64,000 bases of DNA from an uncultured Flavobacteriales bacterium (GTDB taxonomy: Bacteria; Bacteroidota; Bacteroidia; Flavobacteriales_D; CAJJDF01). Positions within the stretch are counted from its first letter, which is position 1; the number at the start of each line of letters is the position of its first letter. The notes under the pieces are model-generated. The model was not told the DNA's origin and made no database searches. It was given only the letters and a program-made list of their open reading frames with translations. The translations under genes were made by a program, and so were the position numbers. Of this stretch, positions 11,401 to 18,813 are shown in pieces. The DNA lies in NCBI GenBank assembly GCA_937129365.1, contig CAKZNB010000030.1, positions 9,429 to 73,428 of the forward strand, given 5' to 3'.

Positions 11401-14400
11401 CAATACAGTTGAACGTATTATTAGAAATATATATCGAATCAATTCCACAAATATCAGAAACAGAAGTTAAGATAAAAGAGGTGTCAATTGAAGCCGAACC
11501 TAACACATCTAAATAAATGGTTGTGTCTTTACAAACTACCATTGGATTAATAGTGTCAATTACAGTTATTGTTGAAATACAAGAATCTAAGTTTCCATTT
11601 ACATCTACTGCGTAAATGGTTACAGAATTACTTCCTGCGTCAATACAATTAAAAGTGTTATTAGAGATAAAAACCGAATCAATTCCACAAACATCTGAAA
11701 CAGAAGTTAAGATGAATGAAGTGTCGACTGTAAACGAACCAGTTGCATCTAAGTAAATAGTGGTGTCGTTACAAACAACTACCGGATTGATTGTATCGAG
11801 AACAGTTACTGTTGAGATGCAAGAATCAAGATTCCCATTAACATCCCTTGCATAAATTGTCACAGAATTTGTTCCCGTATCAATACAACTAAAAGAGTTA
11901 TTAGAAATATATACCGAGTCAATTCCGCAAATATCTGTTGCAGAAACTAAGATTAAAGAGGTATCAATTGTAGCTGAACCAGTCGCATCTAAATAGATAG
12001 TTGTGTCTTTACAGAAAACTATTGGATTAATTGTATCTAAAACAGTTACAGTAGAAATACAAGAATCTACATTTCCATTAACATCCGTTAAATAAATTAT
12101 TACTTGATTGGTTCCAGTATCAATACAATTAAATGTATTATTAGAAATATACACAGAATCAATTCCACAAATGTCAGTTACTGACACTAAAATGAACGAA
12201 GTATCAATTGTAATTGAGCCAGTCGCATTAAGATATATAGTTGTGTCTTTGCAAACAACTAGTGGATTGATTGTATCGAGAACAGTTACTGTTGAGATGC
12301 AAGAATCAAGATTCCCATTAACATCCAAAGCATAAATTGTCACAGAATTTGTTCCCGTATCAATACAATTAAAAGTATTGTTAGAAATATACACCGAGTC
12401 AATTCCACAAATATCGGAAACAAAAGCAAGGACAAATGAAGTATCAATTGTGAAAGAACCAGTTGCGTCTAAATAAATAGTTGTATCCTTACAGATTACA
12501 GTTGGATTAATGGTGTCAAGAACTGTAACCGTTGAGCTGCAAGAGTCAAGATTTCCATTTACATCAACGGCATAGATTGTTACTTGGTTATTTCCAGTAT
12601 CCAAACAATTGAATGTATTATTAGAGATATACACCGAATCAATTCCACAAATATCAGATGCTGAAACCAATATAAATGAAGTATCAATTATAGCTGAACC
12701 TGTTGGATTCAAATAGATAGTTGTGTCTTTACAAACTGCTATTGGATTAATCGTATCGAAAATAGTAACATTAGAAATACACGAATCTAAGTTTCCATTT
12801 TCATCAAGGGCATAGATTGTAATAGGATTAACACCTGTGTCAATGCAGTTAAACGACTCTTTCGAAATATAAACAGAGTCAATTCCACAAATATCACTTA
12901 CTGAGACAATAATAAATGATGTATCAATCGTTGCAGATCCCGTTGCGTCCAAATAGATGGTTGTGTCTTTGCAAACAATCATTGGGTTGGTTGTGTCGAG
13001 AACAGTTACAGTTGAGATACAAGAATCCAAGTTTCCATTTACATCCGTTGCATAAATTGTCACAGAATTTGTTCCAGTATCAATACAACTGAATGAATTA
13101 TTAGAGATATACACTGAATCAATTCCGCAAATATCTGTAGCAGAAACTAAGATGAAAGAGGTGTCAATTGTAGCTGAGCCAGTTGCATTCAAATAGATGG
13201 TTGTGTCTTTGCAGAATATAGTTGAATTTGTGGTATCTAAAACTGTAACTATTGCAGAGCAAGAGTCAATATTTCCTTTCTCATCAATAGCATAAATTGT
13301 TACAGAGTTACTACCAGTATCATTACAATTAAAGGTATTATTAGAAATATAAACTGAGTCAATACCACAATTATCTGTTGCTGAAACTAAGATAAAAGAA
13401 GTATCAATTATAACCGTTCCAGATGTGTTTAAAAATACGGTTGTGTCTTTACATGACACCATTGGCTTGATAGAATCTTCAAATAAATTAATTGGAATTC
13501 TAGGTGAGAGAACACATCCAGTTAATGTATTTTGTGCTTCTATGTAAAAACTAGTGTCTGAAGTTATGGTTAAGTTAAAAGGTGAATTGCCTAAATTTGT
13601 TCCTCCAGTTAATTGATTCCAAACCGAATAAGTTATTCCAGCTTCAAGAGTATCAGGAGAAATTGCATATACTGTATTTGGACAAATTAATGTATCGGTA
13701 GTAGTAAAAACTTTTGGCAAAGGATTTACTAAAATATTTATGGTATCAAAACTGGAACAATTCCCTCTGTTTGTCTCCAATAGATAGCTTAAAGTAGTTG
13801 GAACTGATACAACAGGTGCGGTAAACAAGGGTTTAATTATGGAACTGCTTGATAAATATGAAGTAAGTGATGCCCCAGTTAATCCAGTCCAGGTATATGT
13901 TCTTTGGGTATTAAATTTACTATCGGTACAAACTGGTAAACTATCTGAATCAAGAACACAGATAGTTAAAGCGTTTGTTGAGGATTCGAAACTTATAGGA
14001 ACTAAAGTGTCGTTAATCGAACAAGCACAGTTTGTTGAGTCAATGATTATAAAAATATTACAAGCATCAACATCAAGAGATAAAGTATGGTTAATAATTA
14101 ATGAATCTCCATTTTTTAAACTATCAGTAATCAAATAATCTTGACCAGTAAAATAAGCATCATTTGCATCTAATATTCCATTGTTATTGGTGTCACTTGC
14201 AAATGAAATTTTGGTATAATTTACAGGTACTTTAGCACCGTTGTTTTTTATTTTAAAACTTAAAGAAACAGAGTCTACACAATTTTGTTGAATAGCGATA
14301 GCATTTTCAATAGTAAACTCTCCCTTAATAATTGTTAGTGTATCAAATGTGGTGGTGATTGGGAAATTAATATCACATAAGACAGAAGTAGAAGAACATA

Positions 14401-17400
14401 AAATCTGATGTTTTTCTGCTGTCGAAATTTTTATCGGAACACTAGAACAATCTGAAATTGTATAATCTAATGAAACTAATCTAAAGTCAAAACCTATACT
14501 GTCGCCTGCTGGAACACCCGAAACAAGTGCCCATTCGAGAACTCGTTTGTTATTTATTACTGTATCATGAGGAACTAATGAGGTTAAATAACCCCCATTT
14601 AATACATTGAAAATAGGATTTTGAATAGTAATTGTAGTGTCGTCAATTTCAAAAATAAGTCTTTCTTGACCGCTAGTTGAGCCACCAACTGCATTAACTA
14701 GGAGTAAAGAACCGCTTGTTTCATTGGTACAAATATTTACCGTATCTTCTTCAAATTCTATGGTAAGCACTGTTGCAGGTGCAGCGGGTAAACCTTGAAT
14801 AATAATTGGGTCACTTGCTGTCGCCACTGAAAAAACTGGGTCGCCACATAATTCTGTAGCAAGTGCTCTAAATACCACTTGATCGCCAGAGGTAAAAGGA
14901 CAACCAGACTCAAGTTTAAACCTTAATTTGAACTTATTACTATCTAAAGGGGTATTCGCATTGGGAAGCAAGCCGCCATTAAAATTACTTGAAAAATCCC
15001 ACTCATAAGTTCCAACAGATAATGTTGGATCGAGAACAGGAACCCAAGTCCCTGAGTTTGCTGGCCACTCAATTTCAGAGGTTGATGGCACAATAGTTAG
15101 AGTAGAAACTGGTAGGATTAATTGTTGTTTAAAATTCTTTACATCTACTTCGCCAGAGTTTTGTGAAAATAAGGTGTAATCAATTGTATCGCATAATTCA
15201 ACTGCTGTATCTGGCTGATTCACAATCAGATTTTGAATTAATGGTGTTTTAGCAATAAGAGTTAATTTACCTGACTTTACAACATTATTACAAACAGCTC
15301 CAACATTTGGATAACCTTGAGCGGGGTCAATAGGATACTGCGAACAGCTATAACCCACATTGATAATTAAACTATCATCACTACAAGATGTATAATCGGC
15401 AAAAATCAATAAATTCTTAGATGAGTTAGGTAAAATAGTATCAATTTTTGCCCAAAATCCATTTGCATAAGGAATGAGTGGGTATGTATTTGAACCATAA
15501 GTAATTTTAACTGGATTAATTCCTCCTGATGGAGATTGAATATCAATCCAAGTATAAGGTGTCATTTGTGTTAAATTTGTATTTCTAACATCTATTGACC
15601 AATTAACTGTATCAGCATTTGCAATTATTGAGGGAGTGTTTAAAGTCAATTGAAGTTCAGGAAGGGTAGCTCCAGTTGCACTTACACTTGTATAAGAAGA
15701 GAAGCTATTTGCAGCCTTGGGTCCACCAATAGCCTGTGGATATAAGTTTCTATATAATCTATAGGTAAATCTTTGATTTCCATTAGGGTGCGTAGCTGAA
15801 TTTGATTCTATATCTCTACCGCAAGCATTTCTAAATGGAAGAGCAGCTTGTAAATGATCTCTTGCTCCAAGTGCATACCTTTTTGCTAAAGAGTCTGTGT
15901 AAACCACCAATTCATTTGAAGAAATAATTCTCACAAATTTTTTCGGCATCACCTGTGTATTTGTAGTTGAAGCAACATTTATACCTCCGTAATAATAACG
16001 AGTTGAGTAATATGTTTCGGTTGTATCAAGAAAATATACAGCTTCATCCCAAGTTATATATACTGAATCAAATTCAGTGTAAGGTTTGTATTCAGCTGGA
16101 TCAAATTTAGGATCAATAGGATTGGCTGGATTACTAGTAGAGCCAGCATCTAAGTAAGAAAATCCAATATCAAAATAAAATGCTTGCGAACAACTTCTCC
16201 ATCCATAATTATCAGTCCTTCTTGATATTCTTTCTGCTTCATGGTCTATGTCAATTTCTACTCCTCGATAAATACAAGTGGGAATAAGAGATTTGGTGGC
16301 TGAATTATCAAATGCTAAAAGTTGTGCATTGATATTGTAATCTCTGTATTGATTTCCATACATGTAAAATACAAGTTCAATAGTATCACTTGTAAAAATG
16401 GGGTTTCCAAGATCTCCACCAAAACGGTATAAGGGATTTAATGTGGCAACCCTCATACTGTCTCTCAAATTCGATAAATCTAGCCTTAGTGTTTTTTCAG
16501 TTGTACTTTGTGTAGTTTTTGTAATTGTAAAATCATTAAAAGTAAATGTACTTCCCGAACTTACATCTGTAATTGTAGCTTTATTAGAATTAGTTAAAAA
16601 AGCAATTGGATCTACAGTAGAGGCTAAGTGAGTATAGTTTATATCAAATAATAAATTATCAAATGCTGTATCTTTAATAACTATTTTGGCTGTAAGTTTT
16701 ATTGAGTCAAAAGGGTGAACTTTATCTAAAACCACTCCAGGAGTATTTCCATTTACTTGTGTAGTTTTGGTATTATCTGTCCATCCAAAAGTTGCTCTTT
16801 GCATTTTTTGAGATAGTATGTTATACCCTTTATGTTTCGAGTCACAATCTTTAATGATAGTTAAAGTACCACAGCCAATTGGCGAAACATAGCAGGGGTC
16901 TGCAATATTTCCTGAATCAATATGTACAAAAGAACTGGCATTAATTATTAGTTCCGAGCAGGTATCAGTATTGAGAGAACAATCATTTACAAAGTCTAAG
17001 GTGAAATTATCGTCACTATTATTTGCACCCCTCATTCTATCTGTAAATACACTAATCGTATCAAATGCTGCTCCGGGTTTGGTTGTAATACTATAATTTA
17101 CCGTAGCATTATTAGTAACACCATTCCAGATAATATTTACAGGAGAAGCCACTGAGACTCCTTTTGGCACAATAAATCTTTTCTCAAGCCTTACTTTTGT
17201 CCAGTCAAAACGAGCAAATTGAGCCCATTCATTGAATGTTATACTAAACGGAATACCATTAACTGCGCTTGTACTAGAGGATAATGACCTAGAATTGAAA
17301 TCAAGATATTGGTAGTAATTTTGTCTACGAAATTGATTCATAGACTCACCGCACATATTATTAAAATCTACATATATAGCTTTGTGAGCATAGAAATAAA

Positions 17401-18712
17401 TAATTTTTCTTCCACTTGGTCCAGTGTTGCAGGTAAAGCTAGGTCCTATATTTCGATAAAAAACTTCTACTTTTATAGAGCTGTCCGATTTTAAATCATT
17501 CATCAGCCCATCTCCATTTTCATCAGTTAATCCACCACTATTATACTGTGCTGTTGTAAGTGAATCTACTAAAGGATATAAACCAAAAGCTCCAGCTTTA
17601 AATGGTACAATTTGCCCATTAATTTTTACCGAATCATAAATTTTTGTATTAGGAAAAGAGGCAGGATTATACATGGTACTATTATTTCGTACCATTGGCA
17701 ATTGTATAACCAAATCATAGGCATAGTCAGCTAGTGTTGCTGTTGCATTTTGAGTATTCCTCACCGTAAAAGAATAGCTTTTGCTAGTCTGGCAGTAATT
17801 AGTAAGGCTTGAAGAAGTTGTAACATAGGAAATCACAGGATTAGAGACAATAATTGACCCCAATGTGCTGATTACTGAAGATTGGCATATATTCCCGTCA
17901 CATCCCCAATTTAATTCTACATCCGAATCTATTGAGAGTGATGTAGACGGACAAGTAACAAGTTCTACAGAATCAGAGAAATAGAACACATTATTTGAAG
18001 GGCTCAAAGGTGTTCCTCCAAAATCTGAAATATCAAATTTATAACGAATACTATCTCCAGTAACGGATAAAGAACTTGTACCTCCAGATACCCAAAATAC
18101 ATCATGGTATGGCTTTTCTACAATTATTTCAATTGAGTCAATATCTCCTACAAGTGATGTATAATCCACTTTGAAAGTTCTAATGTATTTTTGCCTAAGA
18201 ACTAGTTGAGAGAGATTTATTCCTACTTGATTCCCCGTATTTGTATTAACAAAACCAGTGATAATCAAATTAGGTTGATCTGCATTTATTTGAGCAGAGG
18301 TTACTGTGGTTCCCAGCTGAACATTACTAACATCAAATAGCGAGAACTGTAAAGCACCTGATACAGAACTACAATTTGATTTGATTAAAAAATTAATAGT
18401 ATCTAATCCCCCAGCAGGAATATTAGTGAATCTAAATTCGGGTAAATTCTTATTTGAGGTATCAACTATGGATACATTTGAGTTTGGAATTAAAGATACA
18501 AATTCAAAATTAGTTGTAAGATTTGCTTCTAACCTTATATTGCTAATCCCACCTACCGAGTATACTACAACAGATACAGTGTCTGCATCTCCACATGTAA
18601 CGATGGAAGAGGGAACAGTATTATCAAAAACATCAGTTTGAGAAAAAGAGTACCTAGAAAAAAGTACAATTGATAATAGAATTATAGTTCGGTACAAAGA
18701 CCTTAACAACAT
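5480..18712 (-). CDS. giant (4,410 aa) secreted repeat protein / putative adhesin with T9SS type-B C-terminal sorting domain
   Basis: Single uninterrupted ORF. It has a signal peptide (MLLRSLYRTIILLSIVLFSRYSFSQ), a 1,753-aa unique region, 32 repeats of about 80 aa, and a C-terminal 92 aa (IPQIFSPNGDGKNDLLYVYG...YNRWGEKVFE...GWDGTFRGKKANEGVYVYY...GDVTLVR) matching the gliding-motility-associated CTD pattern. Confidence 0.9.
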   Translation of the reverse strand: MLLRSLYRTIILLSIVLFSRYSFSQTDVFDNTVPSSIVTCGDADTVSVVVYSVGGISNIRLEANLTTNFEFVSLIPNSNVSIVDTSNKNLPEFRFTNIPAGGLDTINFLIKSNCSSVSGALQFSLFDVSNVQLGTTVTSAQINADQPNLIITGFVNTNTGNQVGINLSQLVLRQKYIRTFKVDYTSLVGDIDSIEIIVEKPYHDVFWVSGGTSSLSVTGDSIRYKFDISDFGGTPLSPSNNVFYFSDSVELVTCPSTSLSIDSDVELNWGCDGNICQSSVISTLGSIIVSNPVISYVTTSSSLTNYCQTSKSYSFTVRNTQNATATLADYAYDLVIQLPMVRNNSTMYNPASFPNTKIYDSVKINGQIVPFKAGAFGLYPLVDSLTTAQYNSGGLTDENGDGLMNDLKSDSSIKVEVFYRNIGPSFTCNTGPSGRKIIYFYAHKAIYVDFNNMCGESMNQFRRQNYYQYLDFNSRSLSSSTSAVNGIPFSITFNEWAQFARFDWTKVRLEKRFIVPKGVSVASPVNIIWNGVTNNATVNYSITTKPGAAFDTISVFTDRMRGANNSDDNFTLDFVNDCSLNTDTCSELIINASSFVHIDSGNIADPCYVSPIGCGTLTIIKDCDSKHKGYNILSQKMQRATFGWTDNTKTTQVNGNTPGVVLDKVHPFDSIKLTAKIVIKDTAFDNLLFDINYTHLASTVDPIAFLTNSNKATITDVSSGSTFTFNDFTITKTTQSTTEKTLRLDLSNLRDSMRVATLNPLYRFGGDLGNPIFTSDTIELVFYMYGNQYRDYNINAQLLAFDNSATKSLIPTCIYRGVEIDIDHEAERISRRTDNYGWRSCSQAFYFDIGFSYLDAGSTSNPANPIDPKFDPAEYKPYTEFDSVYITWDEAVYFLDTTETYYSTRYYYGGINVASTTNTQVMPKKFVRIISSNELVVYTDSLAKRYALGARDHLQAALPFRNACGRDIESNSATHPNGNQRFTYRLYRNLYPQAIGGPKAANSFSSYTSVSATGATLPELQLTLNTPSIIANADTVNWSIDVRNTNLTQMTPYTWIDIQSPSGGINPVKITYGSNTYPLIPYANGFWAKIDTILPNSSKNLLIFADYTSCSDDSLIINVGYSCSQYPIDPAQGYPNVGAVCNNVVKSGKLTLIAKTPLIQNLIVNQPDTAVELCDTIDYTLFSQNSGEVDVKNFKQQLILPVSTLTIVPSTSEIEWPANSGTWVPVLDPTLSVGTYEWDFSSNFNGGLLPNANTPLDSNKFKLRFKLESGCPFTSGDQVVFRALATELCGDPVFSVATASDPIIIQGLPAAPATVLTIEFEEDTVNICTNETSGSLLLVNAVGGSTSGQERLIFEIDDTTITIQNPIFNVLNGGYLTSLVPHDTVINNKRVLEWALVSGVPAGDSIGFDFRLVSLDYTISDCSSVPIKISTAEKHQILCSSTSVLCDINFPITTTFDTLTIIKGEFTIENAIAIQQNCVDSVSLSFKIKNNGAKVPVNYTKISFASDTNNNGILDANDAYFTGQDYLITDSLKNGDSLIINHTLSLDVDACNIFIIIDSTNCACSINDTLVPISFESSTNALTICVLDSDSLPVCTDSKFNTQRTYTWTGLTGASLTSYLSSSSIIKPLFTAPVVSVPTTLSYLLETNRGNCSSFDTINILVNPLPKVFTTTDTLICPNTVYAISPDTLEAGITYSVWNQLTGGTNLGNSPFNLTITSDTSFYIEAQNTLTGCVLSPRIPINLFEDSIKPMVSCKDTTVFLNTSGTVIIDTSFILVSATDNCGIDSVYISNNTFNCNDTGSNSVTIYAIDEKGNIDSCSAIVTVLDTTNSTIFCKDTTIYLNATGSATIDTSFILVSATDICGIDSVYISNNSFSCIDTGTNSVTIYATDVNGNLDSCISTVTVLDTTNPMIVCKDTTIYLDATGSATIDTSFIIVSVSDICGIDSVYISKESFNCIDTGVNPITIYALDENGNLDSCISNVTIFDTINPIAVCKDTTIYLNPTGSAIIDTSFILVSASDICGIDSVYISNNTFNCLDTGNNQVTIYAVDVNGNLDSCSSTVTVLDTINPTVICKDTTIYLDATGSFTIDTSFVLAFVSDICGIDSVYISNNTFNCIDTGTNSVTIYALDVNGNLDSCISTVTVLDTINPLVVCKDTTIYLNATGSITIDTSFILVSVTDICGIDSVYISNNTFNCIDTGTNQVIIYLTDVNGNVDSCISTVTVLDTINPIVFCKDTTIYLDATGSATIDTSLILVSATDICGIDSVYISNNSFSCIDTGTNSVTIYARDVNGNLDSCISTVTVLDTINPVVVCNDTTIYLDATGSFTVDTSFILTSVSDVCGIDSVFISNNTFNCIDAGSNSVTIYAVDVNGNLDSCISTITVIDTINPMVVCKDTTIYLDVLGSASIDTSFILTSVSDICGIDSIYISNNTFNCIDTGNNSVTIYAVDVNGNIDSCVSIVTVIDTINPTVICNDTTIYLDATGSFTIDTSFILTSVSDICGIDSVYISNNIFSCIDTGSNQVTIYVQDVNGNLDSCISTVTVLDTINPLVICKDTTIYLDATGSATIDTSFVLVSASDICGIDTVYISDNLFNCIDTGANSVTIYITDVNGNLDSCISIVTVLDTINPMVVCKDTTIYLDAIGSATIDTSFILVSTTDVCGIDSVFISNNSFTCSDTGTNSVTIYVTDVNGNIDSCISTITILDTIKPIVTCKDTTIYLDATGSVTIDTSFILVSATDICGIDSVYISNNIFNCIDTGTNSVTIYVTDINGNLDSCISTITVLDTIKPIVTCKDTTIYLSSTGSAAIDTSFVLVSANSTCAIDSVYISNNLFSCSDTGINSVTVYVTDVNGNIDSCISTVTVLDTINSIITCKDTSIYLDVTGNVTIDTSFILVSIADACGIDSVYISTNSFTCNEIGPNTVTIYTLDLSGNLDSCISIVTVIDTVNPIVICKDTLLYLNNSGTISLDTSMILISTNDACGIDSVYLSSNSLNCVDTGANLITVYSRDINGNIDSCISRVYLVDTINPLVVCKDTTIFLNTAGTATIDTSFILISATDICGIDSVYVYNNSFTCIDTGTNQVTIYVLDVNGNLDSCISTVTVLDTVNPTVVCKDTTIYLDATGSATIDTSFILISATDVCGIDSVYISNTTFNCIDTGNNQVTIYVTDVNGNLDSCISTVTVLDTIRPDVVCKDTTIYLNTAGTATIDTSFILVSGTDICGIDSVYISNNSFNCIDTGANQVTVYVTDVNGNLDSCLSIVTVIDTVKPIVICNDTTIYLDATGSATIDTSYILVTAVDICGIDSVYISNNSFTCGDTGTNSVTVYATDVNGNLDSCVANITVIDTIKPIVTCKDTTIYLDGTGSTTIDTSYILMSVTDVCGIDSVYISNNTFNCIDTGANSVTIYVTDINGNIDSCISTVTVLDTINPLLICKDTTIYLDALTGSANIDTSFILVSTTDICGIDSVYISNNSFSCIDTGTNSVTIYVTDVNGNLDSCTATVTVIDTINPVVVCKDTTIFLNATGSATIDTSFILVSVTDVCGIDSVYISNSTFNCIDTGTNQVTIYVTDVNGEIDSCIATVTVVDTINPLVICKDTTIYLDAIGGTTIDTSFILVSVTDICGIDSVYISNNSFSCIDTGTNQVTIYATDVNGNLDSCIATITVLDTINPILVCKDTTIYLNGAGLATIDTSFILVSATDICGIDSVYISNNTFNCIDTGNNQVTIYVTDVNGNLDSCIATITLIDTINPMAVCKDTTIYLDALGSATIDTSFILVSATDICGIDSVYISNNSFTCTDTGNNSVTIYAMDVNGNIDSCISNVRVLDTINPVVICKADTIYLNTTGNISIDTSNVVSSFFDNCTVDTLYLSTSNFTCIDTGNNSVTVYIVDGSGNLDSCQTNIRVLDTINPVVVCKNDVVYLDGTGNAIIDTSNVVASFSDNCSVDTIYLSNSNFSCGDTGLNFLTVFIEDINGNIDSCQAGIFVRDTLKPLVVCNNATVYLNSAGVSIIDTSFVLSSFTSNCTVDTVYVSDTLFTCLDTGANSVWVYVQDINGNLDSCMATVTVFDTIAPVIVCKDTTIYLDASGNVSIDSSFILQSFTDNCLVKYTTLSQSSFNCLDTGSNSVLITAYDPSGNLDSCRANVTVLDTVPPTAICMNTTVFLDSFGFAAIMVSDINNGSTDNCGIQSVTINKSTFNCVEIGANTITLTVTDVSGNISTCTGTVTVIDDISPRVTCPPLVIDTTLLNDCRFVVPDYSSILNTYDNCTDADSIEYTQSPTPGTVIDYSTEVNDVNTLSVSITATDKEMNSSTCNFDLMIGCRVNASIPQIFSPNGDGKNDLLYVYGRNFKSFQFIVYNRWGEKVFETNDPANGWDGTFRGKKANEGVYVYYFIADTEQFGEIIRKGDVTLVR
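5483..5758 (-). other. segment encoding the T9SS type-B (gliding motility-associated, TIGR04131-like) C-terminal domain
   Basis: FSPNGDGKND...YNRWGEKVF...GWDG...G.YVYY signature. The same signature occurs in the 343-aa protein at 52236..53267 (FTPNGDGINDVF...YNRWGQQLFE...GWNG...GTYFW). Confidence 0.8.
5759..13453 (-). repeat. coding tandem array: 32 units of 240 nt (80 aa), HYR/Ig-like, four Cys per unit
   Basis: The first Cys codon of successive units tops out at 13453, 13213 ... 8413, then 8170, 7930 ... 6010. Spacing is 240 nt throughout except one 243-nt unit (unit 22, extra Leu in DALTGSAN). Consensus: CKDTTIYLDATGSATIDTSFILVSATDICGIDSVYISNNSFxCIDTGTNSVTIYxTDVNGNLDSCISTVTVLDTINPxVV. Confidence 0.95.
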
Positions 18713-18813
18713 ATTTAATTATTTGGTATTAAATACGAAATTACTTGAATTTAGTTGGGTTTGAACACGATAAAATGAATACTATTAACTACAAACTGTT
18801 AATAGAAAGCAGT

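Noticed and set aside
5759-13453. Regular 240-nt periodicity could be mistaken for a CRISPR array or satellite DNA.
   Set aside because: The period is 240 nt with no short repeat/unique spacer alternation. The whole region is one open reading frame with a conserved 80-aa protein repeat. No cas genes are present.
5759-13453. Diversity-generating retroelement (DGR) targeting of the variable repeat positions.
   Set aside because: There is no reverse transcriptase, template repeat or adenine-specific substitution pattern in the window. The variation is spread over many codon positions and is consistent with ordinary divergence and gene conversion.
6870-18641. Plus-strand ORFs inside the giant gene (6870..7109, 8028..8252, 12108..12335, 13839..14138, 16398..16631, 17309..17494, 18381..18641) and minus-strand 5539..5763.
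   Set aside because: These are short antisense or out-of-frame shadow ORFs lying wholly inside a 13-kb ORF with strong protein-level repeat conservation. Several recur only because the underlying DNA is repeated.
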